The notes beneath the pieces were generated by a model. It worked only from the letters and a program-made list of their open reading frames with translations. It was not told the origin of the DNA and made no database searches. Positions 28,901 through 43,200 of a stretch of 64,000 nt of DNA are shown one piece after another; within the stretch, counting starts at the first letter, position 1; the number at the start of each line of letters is the position of its first letter. The DNA is from Azolla caroliniana (taxonomy: Eukaryota; Plantae; Polypodiophyta): positions 1-64,000 of the forward strand of contig JBHGNT010000145.1 in NCBI GenBank assembly GCA_043228905.1. Direction: 5' to 3'. Made by a program: the position numbers and the translations under genes.

Positions 28901-31900
28901 AGGTATGAACATTTTAATTTACTTAAGGGCTCCTCTCAACTCACTCCTCAAATTTGGTAATTTCGTCATTTCTCTCGACCTGAGTTTCAAAATCTTGATT
29001 TTTTAATTCCATATCATAGCTAGCGTTGTTAGCTTCGATTCGCATGTTTGAACACAAAAATCCGATATCACACTCGCTAGGTATGAACATTTTAATTTAC
29101 TCAAGGGCTCCTTTGAACTCCCTCCTCATGTTTGCTAATTTCGTCATGTCTCTCGACTTGAGTTTCAAATTCTTGATTTTTTAACTCCATATCATAGCTA
29201 GCGTTGTTAGCTTCGATTCGCATGTTTGAACACAAAAATCCGATATCACACGAGCCAGGTATGAACATTTTAATTTACTCAAGGCCTCCTTTGAACTCCC
29301 TCCTCATGTTTGCTAATTTCGTCCTGTCTCTCGACCTGAGTTTCAAAATCTTGATTTTTTAATTCCATATCATAGCTAGCGTTGTTAGCTTCGATTCGCA
29401 TGTTTGAACACAAAAATCCGATATCACACTCGCCAGGTATGAACATTTTAATTTACTCAAGGCCTCCTTTGAACTCTCTCCTCATGGTTGCTAATTTCGT
29501 CGTGTCTCTCGAACTGAGTTTCAAAATCTTGATTTTTTAATTCCATATTATCGATAGCGTTGTTAGCTTCGATTTGCATGTTTGAACACAAAAATCCGAT
29601 ATCACACGAGCCAGGTATGAACATTTTAATTTACTCAAGGCCTCCTTTGAACTCCCTCCTCATGTTTGCTAATTTCGTCGTGTCTCTCGAACTGAGTTTC
29701 AAAATCTTGATTTTTTAATTCCATATCATAGCTAGCGTTGTTAGCTTCGATTCGCATGTTTGAACACAAAAATCCGATATCACACGAGCCAGGTATGAAC
29801 ATTTTAATTTACTCAAGGCCTCCTCTGAACTCCCTCCTCATGGTTGCTAATTTCGTCGTGTCTCTCGACCTGAGTTTCATAATCTTTATTTTTTAATTCC
29901 ATTTCATAGCTAGCATTGTTAGCTTCGATTCGCATGTTTGAACACAAAAATCCGATATCACACGAGCCAGGTATGAACTATTTAATTTACTCAAGGCCTC
30001 CTTTGAACTCCCTCCTCATGTTTGCTAATTTCGTCATGTCTCTCGACCTGAGTTTCAAAATCTTGATTTTTTAATTCCATATCATAGCTAGCGTTGTTAG
30101 CTTCGATTCGCATGTTTGAACACAAAGATCCGATATCACACGAGCCATGTATGAACATTTTAATTTACTCAAGGCCTCCTTTGAACTCCCTCCTCATGTT
30201 TGCTAATTTCGTCATGTCTCTCGACCTGAGTTTCAAAATCATGATTTTTTAATTCCATATTATAGATAGCGTTGTTAGCTTCGATTCGCATGTTTGAACA
30301 CAAAAATCCGATATCACACGAGCCAGGTATGAACATTTTAATTTACTCAAGGCCTCCTTTGAACTCCCTCCTCAAATTTGTTAATTTCGTCATTTCTCTC
30401 GACCTGAGTTTCAAAATCTTGATTTTTTAACTCCATATCATAGCTAGCGTTGTTAGCTTCGATTCGCATGTTTGAACACAAAAATGCGATATCACACTCG
30501 CCAGGTATGAACATTTTAATTTACTCAAGGCCTCCTTTGAACTCCCTCCTCATGTTTGCTAATTTCGTCATGTCTCTCGACCTGAGTTTCGAAATCTTGA
30601 TTTTTTAATTCCATATCATAGCTAGCGTTGTTAGGTTCGATTCGCATGTTTGAACACAAAAATCCGATATCACACGAGCCAGATATGAACATTTTAATTT
30701 ACCTACTAGCTCTTCCCAACTCCCTCCTCATGTTCGCTAATTTCGTCATGTCTCTCGACCTGAGTTTCAAAATCTTGATTTTTTAATTCCATATCATAGC
30801 TAGCGTTGTTAGCTTCGATTCGCATGTTAGAACACAAAAATCCGATATCACACGAGCTAGGTATGAACATTTTAATTTACTCAAGGCCTCTTGTGAACTC
30901 CCTCCTCATGTTTGCTAATTTCGTCATGTCGCTCGACTTGAGTTTCAAAATATTGATTTTTTAATTTCATATCATAGCTAGCGTTGTTAACTTCGATTCG
31001 TATGTTTGTACACAAAAATCCGATATCACACTAGCCAGATATGAACATTTTAAATTACCTACTAGCTCTTCGCAACTCACTCCTCAAACTTGGTAATTTC
31101 GTCATGTCTCTCGACCTGAGTTTCAAAATCTTGATTTATTAACTCCATATCATAGCTAGCGTTGTTAGCTTCGATTCCCATGTTTGAACACAAAAATCCG
31201 ATATCACACTCGCAAGGTATGAACATTTTAATTTACTCAAGGCCTCCTCTGAACTCCCTCCTCATGTTTGCAAATTTCGTCATGTCTCTCGACCTGAGTT
31301 TCAAAATCTTGATTTTTTAAATCCATATCATAGCTAGCGTTGTTAGCTTGGATTCGCATGTTTGAACACAAAAATCCAATATCACACGAGCCAGATATGA
31401 ACATTTTAATTTACCTACTAGCTCTTCCCAACTCACTCCTCAAATTTGGTAATTTCGTCATGTCTCTCGACTTGAGTTTCAAAATCTTGATTTATTAACT
31501 CCATATCATAGCTAGCGTTGTTAGCTTCGATTCCCATGTTTGAACACAAAAATCCGATATCACACGAGCAAGGTATGAACATTTTAATTTACTCAAGGCC
31601 TCCTCTGAACTCCCTCCTCATGTTTGCAAATTTCGTGATGTCTCTCGACCTGAGTTTCAAAATCTTGATTTTTTAAATCCATATCATAGCTAGCGTTGTT
31701 AGCTTCGATTCGCATGTTTGAACACAAAAATCCAATATCACACGAGCCAGATATGAACATTTTAATTTACCTACTAGCTCTTCCCAACTCACTCCTCAAA
31801 TTTGGTAATTTCGTCATTTCTCTCGACCTGAGTTTCAAAATCTTGATTTTTTAACTCCATTTCATAGCTAGCGTTGTTAGCTAATTTACTCAAGGCCTCC

Positions 31901-32000
31901 TCTGAACTCCCTCCTCATGTTTGCTAATTTCGTCATGTCTCTCGACGTGAGTTTCAAAATCTTGATTTTTTAATTACATATTATCGATAGCGTTGTTAGC
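23600..32000. repeat. Tandem duplication of a 24-monomer block (4213-bp period)
   Basis: Private markers recur 4213 bp apart: AAAGATCCGA at 25911/30124, TAAGGG at 24711/28924 and the 59-bp deletion junction TTGTTAGCTAATTTAC at 27661/31874. 24x178-59=4213. Boundaries are approximate. Confidence 0.88.
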
Positions 32001-34250
32001 TTCGATTTGCATGTTTGAACACAAAAATCCGATATCACACGAGCCAGGTATGAACTATTTAATTTACTCAAGGCCTCCTCTGAACTCCCTCCTCATGTTT
32101 GCTAATTTCGTCATGTCTCTCGACCTCAGTTTCAAAATCTTGATTTTTTAATTCCATATCATAGCTAGCGTTGTTAGCTTCGATTCGCATGTTTGAACAC
32201 AAAAATCCGATATCACACGAGCCAGGTATGAACTATTTAATTTACTCAAGGCCTCCTTTGAACTCCCTCCTCATGTTTGCTAATTTCGTCATGTCTCTCG
32301 ACCGGAGTTTCAAAATCTTGATTTTTTAATTCCATATCATAGCTAGCGTTGTTAGCTTCGATTCGCATGTTTGAACACAAAAATGCGATATCACACTCGC
32401 CAGGTATGAACATTTTAATTTACTCAAGGCCTCCTTTGAACTCCCTCCTCATGTTTGCTAATTTCGTCATGTCTCTCGACCTGAGTTTCAAAATCTTGAT
32501 TTTTTAATTCCATATCATAGCTAGCGTTGTTAGGTTCGATTCGCATGTTTGAACACAAAAATCCGATATCACACGAGCCAGATATGAACATTTTAATTTA
32601 CCTACTAGCTCTTCCCAACTCCCTCCTCATGTTCGCTAATTTCGTCATGTCTCTCGACCTGAGTTTCAAAATCTTGATTTTTTAATTCCATATCATAGCT
32701 AGCGTTGTTAGCTTCGATTCGCATGTTAGAACACAAAAATCCGATATCACACGAGCTAGGTATGAACATTTTAATTTACTCAAGGCCTCTTGTGAACTCC
32801 CTCCTCATGTTTGCTAATTTCGTCATGTCGCTCGACTTGAGTTTCAAAATATTGATTTTTTAATTTCATATCATAGCTAGCGTTGTTAACTTCGATTCGT
32901 ATGTTTGTACACAAAAATCCGATATCACACTAGCCAGATATGAACATTTTAAATTACCTACTAGCTCTTCGCAACTCACTCCTCAAACTTGGTAATTTCG
33001 TCATGTCTCTCGACCTGAGTTTTAAAATCTTGATTTATTAACTCCATATCATAGCTAGCGTTGTTAGCTTCGATTCCCATGTTTGAACACAAAAATCCGA
33101 TATCACACTCGCAAGGTATGAACATTTTAATTTACTCAAGGCCTCCTCTGAACTCCCTCCTCATGTTTGCAAATTTCGTCATGTCTCTCGACCTGAGTTT
33201 CAAAATCTTGATTTTTTAAATCCATATCATAGCTAGCGTTGTTAGCTTGGATTCGCATGTTTGAACACAAAAATCCAATATCACACGAGCCAGATATGAA
33301 CATTTTAATTTACCTACTAGCTCTTCCCAACTCACTCCTCAAATTTGGTAATTTCGTCATGTCTCTCGACTTGAGTTTCAAAATCTTGATTTATTAACTC
33401 CATATCATAGCTAGCGTTGTTAGCTTCGATTCCCATGTTTGAACACAAAAATCCGATATCACACGAGCAAGGTATGAACATTTTAATTTACTCAAGGCCT
33501 CCTCTGAACTCCCTCCTCATGTTTGCAAATTTCGTGATGTCTCTCGACCTGAGTTTCAAAATCTTGATTTTTTAAATCCATATCATAGCTAGCGTTGTTA
33601 GCTTCGATTCGCATGTTTGAACACAAAAATCCAATATCACACGAGCCAGATATGAACATTTTAATTTACCTACTAGCTCTTCCCAACTCACTCCTCAAAT
33701 TTGGTAATTTCGTCATTTCTCTCGACCTGAGTTTCAAAATCTTGATTTTTTAACTCCATTTCATAGCTAGCGTTGCTAGCTAATTTACTCAAGGCCTCCT
33801 CTGAACTCCCTCCTCATGTTTGCTAATTTCGTCATGTCTCTCGACGTGAGTTTCAAAATCTTGATTTTTTAATTACATATTATCGATAGCGTTGTTAGCT
33901 TCGATTTGCATGTTTGAACACAAAAATCCGATATCACACGAGCCAGGTATGAACTATTTAATTTACTCAAGGCCTCCTCTGAACTCCCTCCTCATGTTTG
34001 CTAATTTCGTCATGTCTCTCGACCTCAGTTTCAAAATCTTGATTTTTTAATTCCATATCATAGCTAGCGTTGTTAGCTTCGATTCGCATGTTTGAACACA
34101 AAAATCCGATATCACACGAGCCAGGTATGAACTATTTAATTTACTCAAGGCCTCCTTTGAACTCCCTCCTCATGTTTGCTAATTTCGTCATGTCTCTCGA
34201 CCGGAGTTTCAAAATCTTGATTTTTTAATTCCATATCATAGCTAGCGTTG
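30400..34250. repeat. Tandem duplication of an 11-monomer block (1899-bp period)
   Basis: The deletion junction at 31874/33773, ATGCGATA at 30484/32383 and GACCTCAG at 32122/34021 are all 1899 bp apart (11x178-59). Confidence 0.85.
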
Positions 34251-37200
34251 TTAGCTTCGATTCGCATGTTTGAACACAAAAATCCGATATCACACGAGCC
34301 AGGTATGAACATTTTAATTTACCTACTAGCTCTTCCCAACTCACTCCTGAAATTTGGTAATTTCGTCATGTCTCTCGACCTGAGTTTCAAAATCTTGATT
34401 TTTTAATTCCATATCATAGCTAGCGTTGCTATCTTCGATTCGCATGTTTGAACACAAAAATCCAATATCACACGAGCTAGGTATGAACATTTTAATTTAC
34501 TCAAGGCCTCCTCTGACCTCCCTCCTCATGTTTGCAAATTTCGTCATGTCTCTCGACCTGAGTTTCAAAATCTTGATTTTTTAATTCCATATCATAGCTA
34601 GCGTTGTTAGCTTCGATTCGCATGTTTGAACACAAAAATCCGATATCACACGAGCCAGGTATGAACTATTTAATTTACTCAAGGCCTCCTTTGAACTCCC
34701 TCCTCATGTTTGCTAATTTCGTCATGTCTCTCGACCGGAGTTTCAAAATCTTGATTTTTTAACTCCATATCATAGCTAGCGTTGTTAGGTTCGATTCGCA
34801 TGTTTGAACACAAAAATCCGATATCACACTCGCCAGATATGAACATTTTAATTTACTCAAGGCCTCCTCTGAACTCCCTCCTCATGGTTGCTAATTTCGT
34901 CGTGTCTCTCGACCTGAGTTTCATAATCTTGATTTTTTAATTCCATTTCATAGCTAGCGTTGTTAGCTTCGATTCGCATGTTTGAACACAAAAATCCGAT
35001 ATCACACGAGCCAGGTATGAACATTATAATTTACTCAAGGCCTCCTCTGAACTCCCTCCTCATGTTTGCTAATTTCGTCATGTCTCTCGACCTGAGTTTC
35101 AAAATCTTGATTTTTTAATTCCATATTATTGATAGCGTTGTTAGCTTCGATTCGCATGTTTGAACACAAAAATCCGATATCACACGAGCTAGGTATGAAC
35201 ATTTTAATTTACTCAAGTGCTCCTCTCAACTCACTCCTCAAATTTGCTAATTTCGTCATTTCTCTCGACCTGAGTTTCAAAATCTTGATTTTTTAACTCT
35301 AGATCATAGCTAGCGTTGTTAGCTTCGATTCGCATGTTTGAACACAAAAATCCGATATCACACTCGCCAGGTATGAACATTTTAATTTACTGAAGGCCTC
35401 CTCTGAACTCCCTCCTCATGGTTGCTAATTTCGTCGTGTCTCTCGACCTGAGTTTCATAATCTTGATTTTTTAATTCCATTTCATAGCTAGCGTTGTTAG
35501 CTTCGATTCGCATGTTTGAACACAAAAATCCGATATCACACGAGCCATGTATGAACATTTTAATTTAGTCAAGGCCTCCTTTGAACTCCCTCCTGAAATT
35601 TGGTAATTTCGTCATGTCTCTCGACCTGAGTTTCAAAATCTTGATTTTTTAATTCCATATTATCGATAGCGTTGTTAGCTTCGATTCGCATGTTTGAACA
35701 CAAAAATCCGATATCACACGAGCCAGGTATGAACTATTTAATTTACTCAAGACCTCCTTTGAACTCCCTCCTCACGTTTGCTAATTTCGTCATGTCTCTC
35801 GACCTGAGTTTCAAAATCTTGATTTTTTAATTCCATATCATACCTAACGTTGTTAGCTTCGATTCGCATGTTTGTACACAAAAATCCGATATCATACTCA
35901 CTAGGTATGAACATTTTAATTTACTCAAGGGCTCCTCTGAACTCCCTCCTCATGTTAGCTTCGATTCGCATGTTTGAACACAAAAATCCGATATCACACT
36001 CGCTAGGTATGAACATTTTAATTTACTCAAGGGCTCCTCTCAACTCACTCCTCAAATTTGCTAATTTCGTCATTTCTCTCGACCTGAGTTTCAAAATCTT
36101 GATTTTTTAATTCCATATCATAGCTAGCGTTGTTAGCTTCGATTCGCATGTTGGAACACAAAAATCCGATATCACACTCGCTAGGTATGAACATTTTAAT
36201 TTACTCAAGGCCTCCTGTGAACTCCCTCCTCATGTTTGCTAATGTCGTCATGTCTCTCGACTTGAGTTTCAAAATCTTGATTTTTTAATTTCATATCATA
36301 GCTAGCGTTGTTAATTTCGATTCGTATGTTTGTACACAAAAATCCGATATCACACTCGCTAGGTATGAACATTTTAATTTACTCAAGGGCTCCTCTCAAC
36401 TCACTCCTCAAATTTGCTAATTTCGTCATTTCTCTCGACCTGAGTTTCAAAATCTTGATTTTTTAACTCCATATCATAGCTAGCGTTGTTAGCTTCGATT
36501 CGCATGTTTGAACACAAAAATCCGATATCACACTCGCCAGGTATGAACATTTTAATTTACTCAAGGCCTCCTCTGAACTCCCTCCTCATGGTTGCTAATT
36601 TCGCCATGTCTCTCGACCTGAGTTTCAAAATCTTGATTTTTTAAATCCATATCATAGCTAGCGTTGTTAGCTTCGATTCGCATGTTTGAACACAAAAATC
36701 CAATATCACACGAGCCAGATATGAACATTTTAATTTACCTACTAGCTCTTCCCAACTCAGTCCTGAAATTTGGTAATTTCGTCATGTCTCTCGACCTGAG
36801 TTTCAAAATCTTGATTTTTTAATTCCATATCATAGCTAGCGTTGCTATCTTCGATTCGCATGTTTGAACACAAAAATCCAATATCACACGAGCTAGGTAT
36901 GAACATTTTAATTTACTCAAGGCCTCCTCTGAACTCCCTCCTCATGTTTGCAAATTTTGTCATGTCTCTCGACCTGAGTTTCAAAATCTTGATTTTTTAA
37001 TTCCATATCATAGCTAACGTTGTTAGCTTCGATTCGCATGTTTGAACACAAAAATCCGATATCACACGAGCCAGGTATGAACTATTTAATTTACTCAAGG
37101 CCTCCTTTGAACTCCCTCCTCATGTTTGCTAATTTCGTCATGTCTCTCGACCGGAGTTTCAAAATCTTGATTTTTTAATTCCATATCATAGCTAGCGTTG

Positions 37201-40200
37201 TTAGCTTCGATTCGCATGTTTGAACACAAAAATCCGATATCACACGAGCCAGGTATGAACATTTTAATTTACTCAAGGCCTCCTTTGAACTCCCTCCTCA
37301 TGTTTGCTAATTTCGTCGTGTCTCTCGAACTGAGTTTCAAAATCTTGATTTTTTAATTCCATATTATCGATAGCGTTGTTAGCTTCGATTCGCATGTTTG
37401 AACACAAAAATCCGATATCACACTCGCTAGGTATGAACTATTTAATTTACTCCAGGCCTCCTTTGAACTCCCTCCTCATGTTTGCTAATTTCGTCATGTC
37501 TCTCGACCTGAGTTTCAAAATCTTGATTTTTTAATTCCATATCATAGCTAGCGTTGTTAGCTTCGATTCGCATGTTTCAACACAAAAATCCGATATCACA
37601 CGAGCCAGGTATGAACTCTTTAATTTACTCAAGGCCTCCTTTGAACTCCCTCCTCATGTTTGCTAATTTCGTCATTTCTCTCGACCTGAGTTTCAAAATC
37701 TTGATTTTTTAACTCCATATCATAGCTAGCGTTGTTAGCTTCGATTCGCATGTTTGAACACAAAAATCCGATATCACACTCGCCAGGTATGAACATTTTA
37801 ATTTACTGAAGGCCTCCTCTGAACTCCCTCCTCATGGTTGCTAATTTCGTCGTGTCTCTCGACCTGAGTTTCATAATCTTGATTTTTTAATTCCATTTCA
37901 TAGCTAGCGTTGTTATCTTCGATTCGCATGTTTGAACACAAAAATCCGATATCACACGAGCCAGGTATGAACATTTTAATTTACTCAAGGCCTCCTCTGA
38001 ACTCCCTCCTCATGTTTGCTAATTTCGTCATGTCTCTCGACCTGAGTTTCAAAATCTTGATTTTTTAATTCCATATTATCGATAGCGTTGTTAGCTTCGA
38101 TTTGCATGTTTGAACACAAAAATCCGATATCACACGAGCCAGGTATGAACTATTTAATTTACTCAAGGCCTCCTTTGAACTCCCTCCTCATGTTTGCTAA
38201 TTTTGTCATGTCTCTCGACCTGAGTTTCGAAATCTTGATTTTTTAATTCCATATCATAGCTAGCGTTGTTAGCTTCGATTCGCATGTTTGAACACAAAAA
38301 TCCGATATCACACGAGCCAGCTATGAACATTTTAATTTACTTAAGGCCTCCTTTGAAGTCACTCCTCATGTTTGCTAATTTCGTCATGTCTCTCGACCTG
38401 AGTTTCAAAATCTTGATTTTTTAATTCCATATCATACCTAACGTTGTTAGCTTCGATTCGCATGTTTGTACACAAAAATCCGATATCATACTCGCTAGGT
38501 ATGAACATTTTAATTTACTCAAGGGCTCCTCTCAACTCACTCCTCAAATTTGCTAATTTCGTCATTTCTCTCGACCTGAGTTTCAAAATCTTGATTTTTT
38601 AACTCCATATCATAGCTAGCGTTGTTAGCTTCGATTCTCATGTTTGAACACAAAAATCCGATATCACACGAGCCAGACATGAACATTTTAATTTACCTAC
38701 TAGCTCTTCCCAACTCAGTCCTGAAATTTGGTAATTTCGTCATGTCTCTCGACCTGAGTTTCAAAATCTTGATTTTTTAATTCCATATCATAGCTAGCGT
38801 TGCTATCTTCGATTCGCATGTTTGAACACAAAAATCCAATATCACACGACCTAGGTATGAACATTTTAATTTACTCAAGGCCTCCTCTGAACTCCCTCCT
38901 TATGTTTGCTAATTTCGTCATGTCTCTCGACCTGAGTTTCAAAATCTTGATTTTTTAATTCCATATTATCGATAGCGTTGTTAGCTTCGATTCGCATGTT
39001 TGAACACAAAAATCCAATATCACACTCGCTAGGTATGAACATTTTAATTTACTCAAGGGCTCCTCTCAACTCACTCCTCAAATTTGGTAATTTCGTCATT
39101 TCTCTCGACCTGAGTTTCAAAATCTTGATTTTTTAATTCCATTTCATAGCTATCGTTGTTAGCTTCGATTCGCATGTTTGAACACAAAAATCCGATATCA
39201 CACGAGCCAGGTATGAACATTTTAATTTACTCAAGGCCTCCTTTGAACTCCCTCCTCATGTTTGCTAATTTCGTCATGTCTCTCGACCTGAGTTTCAAAA
39301 TCTTGATTTTTTAATTCCATATTATCGATAGCGTTGTAAGCTTCGATTGGCATGTTTGAACACAAAAATCCGATATCACACGAGCCAGGTATGAACTATT
39401 TAATTTACTCAAGGCCTCCTTTGAACTCCCTCCTCATGTTTGCGAATTTCGTCATGTCTCTCGACCTGAGTTTCAAAATCTTGATTTTTTAATTCCATAA
39501 CATAGCTAGCGTTGTTAGCTTCGATTCGCATGTTTGAACACAAAAATCCGATATCACACTCGCTAGGTATGAACATTTTAATTTACTCAAGACCTCCTCT
39601 GAACTCCCTCCTCATGTTTGCTAATTTCGTCCCTGAGTTTCAAAATCTTGATTTTTTAATTCCATATCATACCTAGCGTTGTTAGCTTCGATTCGCATGT
39701 TTGAACACAAAAATCCGATATCACACGAGCCAGGTATGAACATTTTAATTTACTCAAGGCCTCCTTTGAACTCCCTCCTGAAATTTGGTAATTTCGTCAT
39801 GTCTCTCGACCTGAGTTTCAAAATCTTGATTTTTTAATTCCATATTATCGATAGCGTTGTTAGCTTCGATTCGCATGGTTGAACACAAAAATCCGATATC
39901 ACACGAGCCAGGTATGAACTATTTAATTTACTCAAGACCTCCTTTGAACTCCCTCCTCATGTTTGCTAATTTCGTCATGTCTCTCGACCTGAGTTTCAAA
40001 ATCTTGATTTTTTAATTCCATTTCATAGCTAGCGTTGTTAGCTTCGATTCGCATGTTTGAACACAACAATCCGATATCACACGAGCCAGGTATGAACATT
40101 TTAATTTACTCAAGGCCTCCTCTGAACTCCCTCCTCATGGTTGCTAATTTCGTCGTGTCTCTCGACCTGAGTTTCATAATCTTGATTTTTTAATTCCATT

Positions 40201-43200
40201 TCATAGCTAGCGTTGTTAGCTTCGATTCGCATGTTTGAACACAAAAATCCGATATCACACGAGCCAGGTATGAACATTTTAATTTACTCAAGGGCTCCTC
40301 TCAACTCACTCCTCAAATTTGCTAATTTCGTCATTTTTCTCGACCTGAGATTCAAAATCTTGATTTTTTAACTCCATATCATCGCTAGCGTTGTTAGCTT
40401 CGATTCGCATGTTTGAACACAAAAATCCGATATCACACTCGCCAGGTATGAACATTTTAATTTACTCAAGGCCTCCTCTGAACTCCCTCCTCATGTTTGC
40501 TAATTTCGTCGTGTCTCTGGACCTGAGTTTCATAATCTTGATTTTTTAATTCCATTTCATAGCTAGCGTTGTTAGCTTCGATTCGCATGTTTGAACACAA
40601 AAATCCGATATCACACGAGCCAGGTATGAACATTTTAATTTACTCAAGGCCTCCTCTGAACTCCCTCCTCATGTTTGCTAATTTCGTCATGTCTCTCGAC
40701 CTGAGTTTCAAAATCTTGATTTTTTAATTCCATATTATCGATTGCGTTGTTAGCTTCGATTCACATGTTTGAACACAAAAATCCGATATCACACTCGCTA
40801 GGTATGAACATTTTAATTTACTCAAGGGCTTCTCTCAACTCACTCCTCAAATTTGCTAATTTCGTCATATCTCTGGACCTGAGTTTCAAAATCTTGATTT
40901 TTTAAATCCATATCATAGCTAGCGTTGTTAGCTTCGATTCGCATGTTTGAACACAAAAATCCAATATCACACGAGCCAGATATGAACTTTTGAATTTACC
41001 TACTAGCTCTTCCCAACTCACTCCTCAAATTTGGTAATTTCGTCATGTCTCTCGACTTGAGTTTCAAAATCATGATTTTTTAATTCCATATCATAGCTAG
41101 CGTTGTTAGCTTCGATTCGCATGTTTGAACACAAAAATCCGATATCACACGAGACAGATATGAACATTTTAATTTACCTACTAGCTCTTCCCAACTCACT
41201 CCTCAAATTTGGTAATTTCGTCCTGTCTCTCGACCTAGGTTTCAAAATCTTGATTTTTTAACTCCATATCATAGCTAGCGTTTTTAATTTCGATTCACAT
41301 GTTTGAACACAGAAATCCGATATCACACTCGCCAGGTATGAACATTTTAATTTACTCAAGGCCTCCTCTGAACTCCCTCCTCATGTTTGCAAATTTCGTC
41401 ATGTCTCTCTACTTGAGTTTCAAAATCATGATTTTTTAATTCCATATCATAGCTAGCGTTGTTAGGTTCGATTCGCATGTTTGAACACAAAAATCCGATA
41501 TCACACGAGCCAGATATGAACATTTTAATTTACCTACTAGCTCTTCCCAACTCACTCCTGAAATTTGGTAATTTCGTCATGTCTCTCGACCTGAGTTTCA
41601 AAATCTTGATTTTTTATTTCCATATCATAGCTAGCGTTGCTATCTTCGATTCGCATGTTTGAACACAGAAATCCAATATCACACGAGCTAGGTATGAACA
41701 TTTTAATTTACTCAAGGCCTCCTCTGAACTCCCTCCTTATGTTTGCTAATTTCGTCATGTCTCTCGACCTGAGTTTCAAAATCTTGATTTTTTAATTCCA
41801 TATTATCGATAGCGTTGTTAGCTTCGATTCACATGTTTGAACACAAAAATCCGATATCACACTCACTAGGTATGAACATTTTAATTTACTCAAGGGCTCC
41901 TCTCAACTCACTCCTCAAATTTGGTAATTTTGTCATTTCTCTCGACCTAAGTTTCAAAATCTTGATTTTTTAACTCCATATCATAGCTAGCGTTGTTAGC
42001 TTCGATTCGCATGTTTGAACACAAAAATCCGATATCACACTCGCCAGGTATGAACATTTTAATTTACTCAAGGCCTCCTCTGAACTCCCTCCTCATGGTT
42101 GCTAATTTCGTCGTGTCTCTCGACCTGAGTTTCATAATCTTGATTTTTTAATTCCATTTCATAGCTAGCGTTGTTAGCTTCGATTCGCATGTTTGAACAC
42201 AAAAATCCGATATCACACGAGCCAGGTATGAACATTTTAATTTACTCAAGGGCTCCTCTCAACTCACTCCTCAAATTTGCTAATTTCGTCATTTCTCTCG
42301 ACCTGAGTTTCAAAATCTTGATTTTTTAACTCCATATCATAGCTAGCGTTGTTAGCTTCGATTCGCATGTTTGAACACAAAAATCCGATATCACACTCGC
42401 CAGGTATGAACATTTTAATTTACTCAAGGCCTCCTCTGAAATCCCTCCTCATGGTTGCTAATTTCGTCGTGTCTCTGGACCTGAGTTTCATAATCTTGAT
42501 TTTTTAATTCCATTTCATAGCTAGCGTTGTTAGCTTCGATTCGCATGTTTGAACACAAAAATCCGATATCACACGAGCCAGGTATGAACATTTTAATTTA
42601 CTCAAGGCCTCCTCTGAACTCCCTCCTCATGTTTGCTAATTTCGTCATGTCTCTCGACGTGAGTTTCAAAATCTTGATTTTTTAATTCCATATTATCGAT
42701 AGCGTTGTTAGCTTCGATTTGCATGTTTGAACACAAAAATCCGATATCACACGAGCCAGGTATGAACTATTTAATTTACTCAAGGCCTCCTTTGAACTCC
42801 CTCCTCATGTTTGCTAATTTCGTCATGTCTCTCGACCTGAGTTTCAAAATCTTGATTTTTTAATTCCATATCATAGCTAGCGTTGTTAGCTTCGATTCGC
42901 ATGTTTGAACACAAAAATCCGATATCACACTCGCTAGGTATGAACATTTTAATTTACTCAAGACCTCCTCTGAACTCCCTCCTCATGTTTGCTAATTTCG
43001 TCCCTGAGTTTCAAAATCTTGATTTTTTAATTCCATATCATACCTAGCGTTGTTAGCTTCGATTCGCCTGTTTGAACACAAAAATCCGATATCACACGAG
43101 CCAGGTATGAACATTTTAATTTACTCAAGGCCTCCTTTGAACTCCCTCCTGAAATTTGGTAATTTCGTCATGTCTCTCGACCTGAGTTTCAAAATCTTGA

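Noticed and set aside
35850-36110. 86-aa ORF in the satellite (also 41459-41662, 45652-45855 and 63082-63264)
   Set aside because: Chance translations of the monomer. They are opened by a deletion or by SNPs removing a stop (e.g. TTTTAA>TTTTAT), mostly use non-ATG starts and show no protein-like features.
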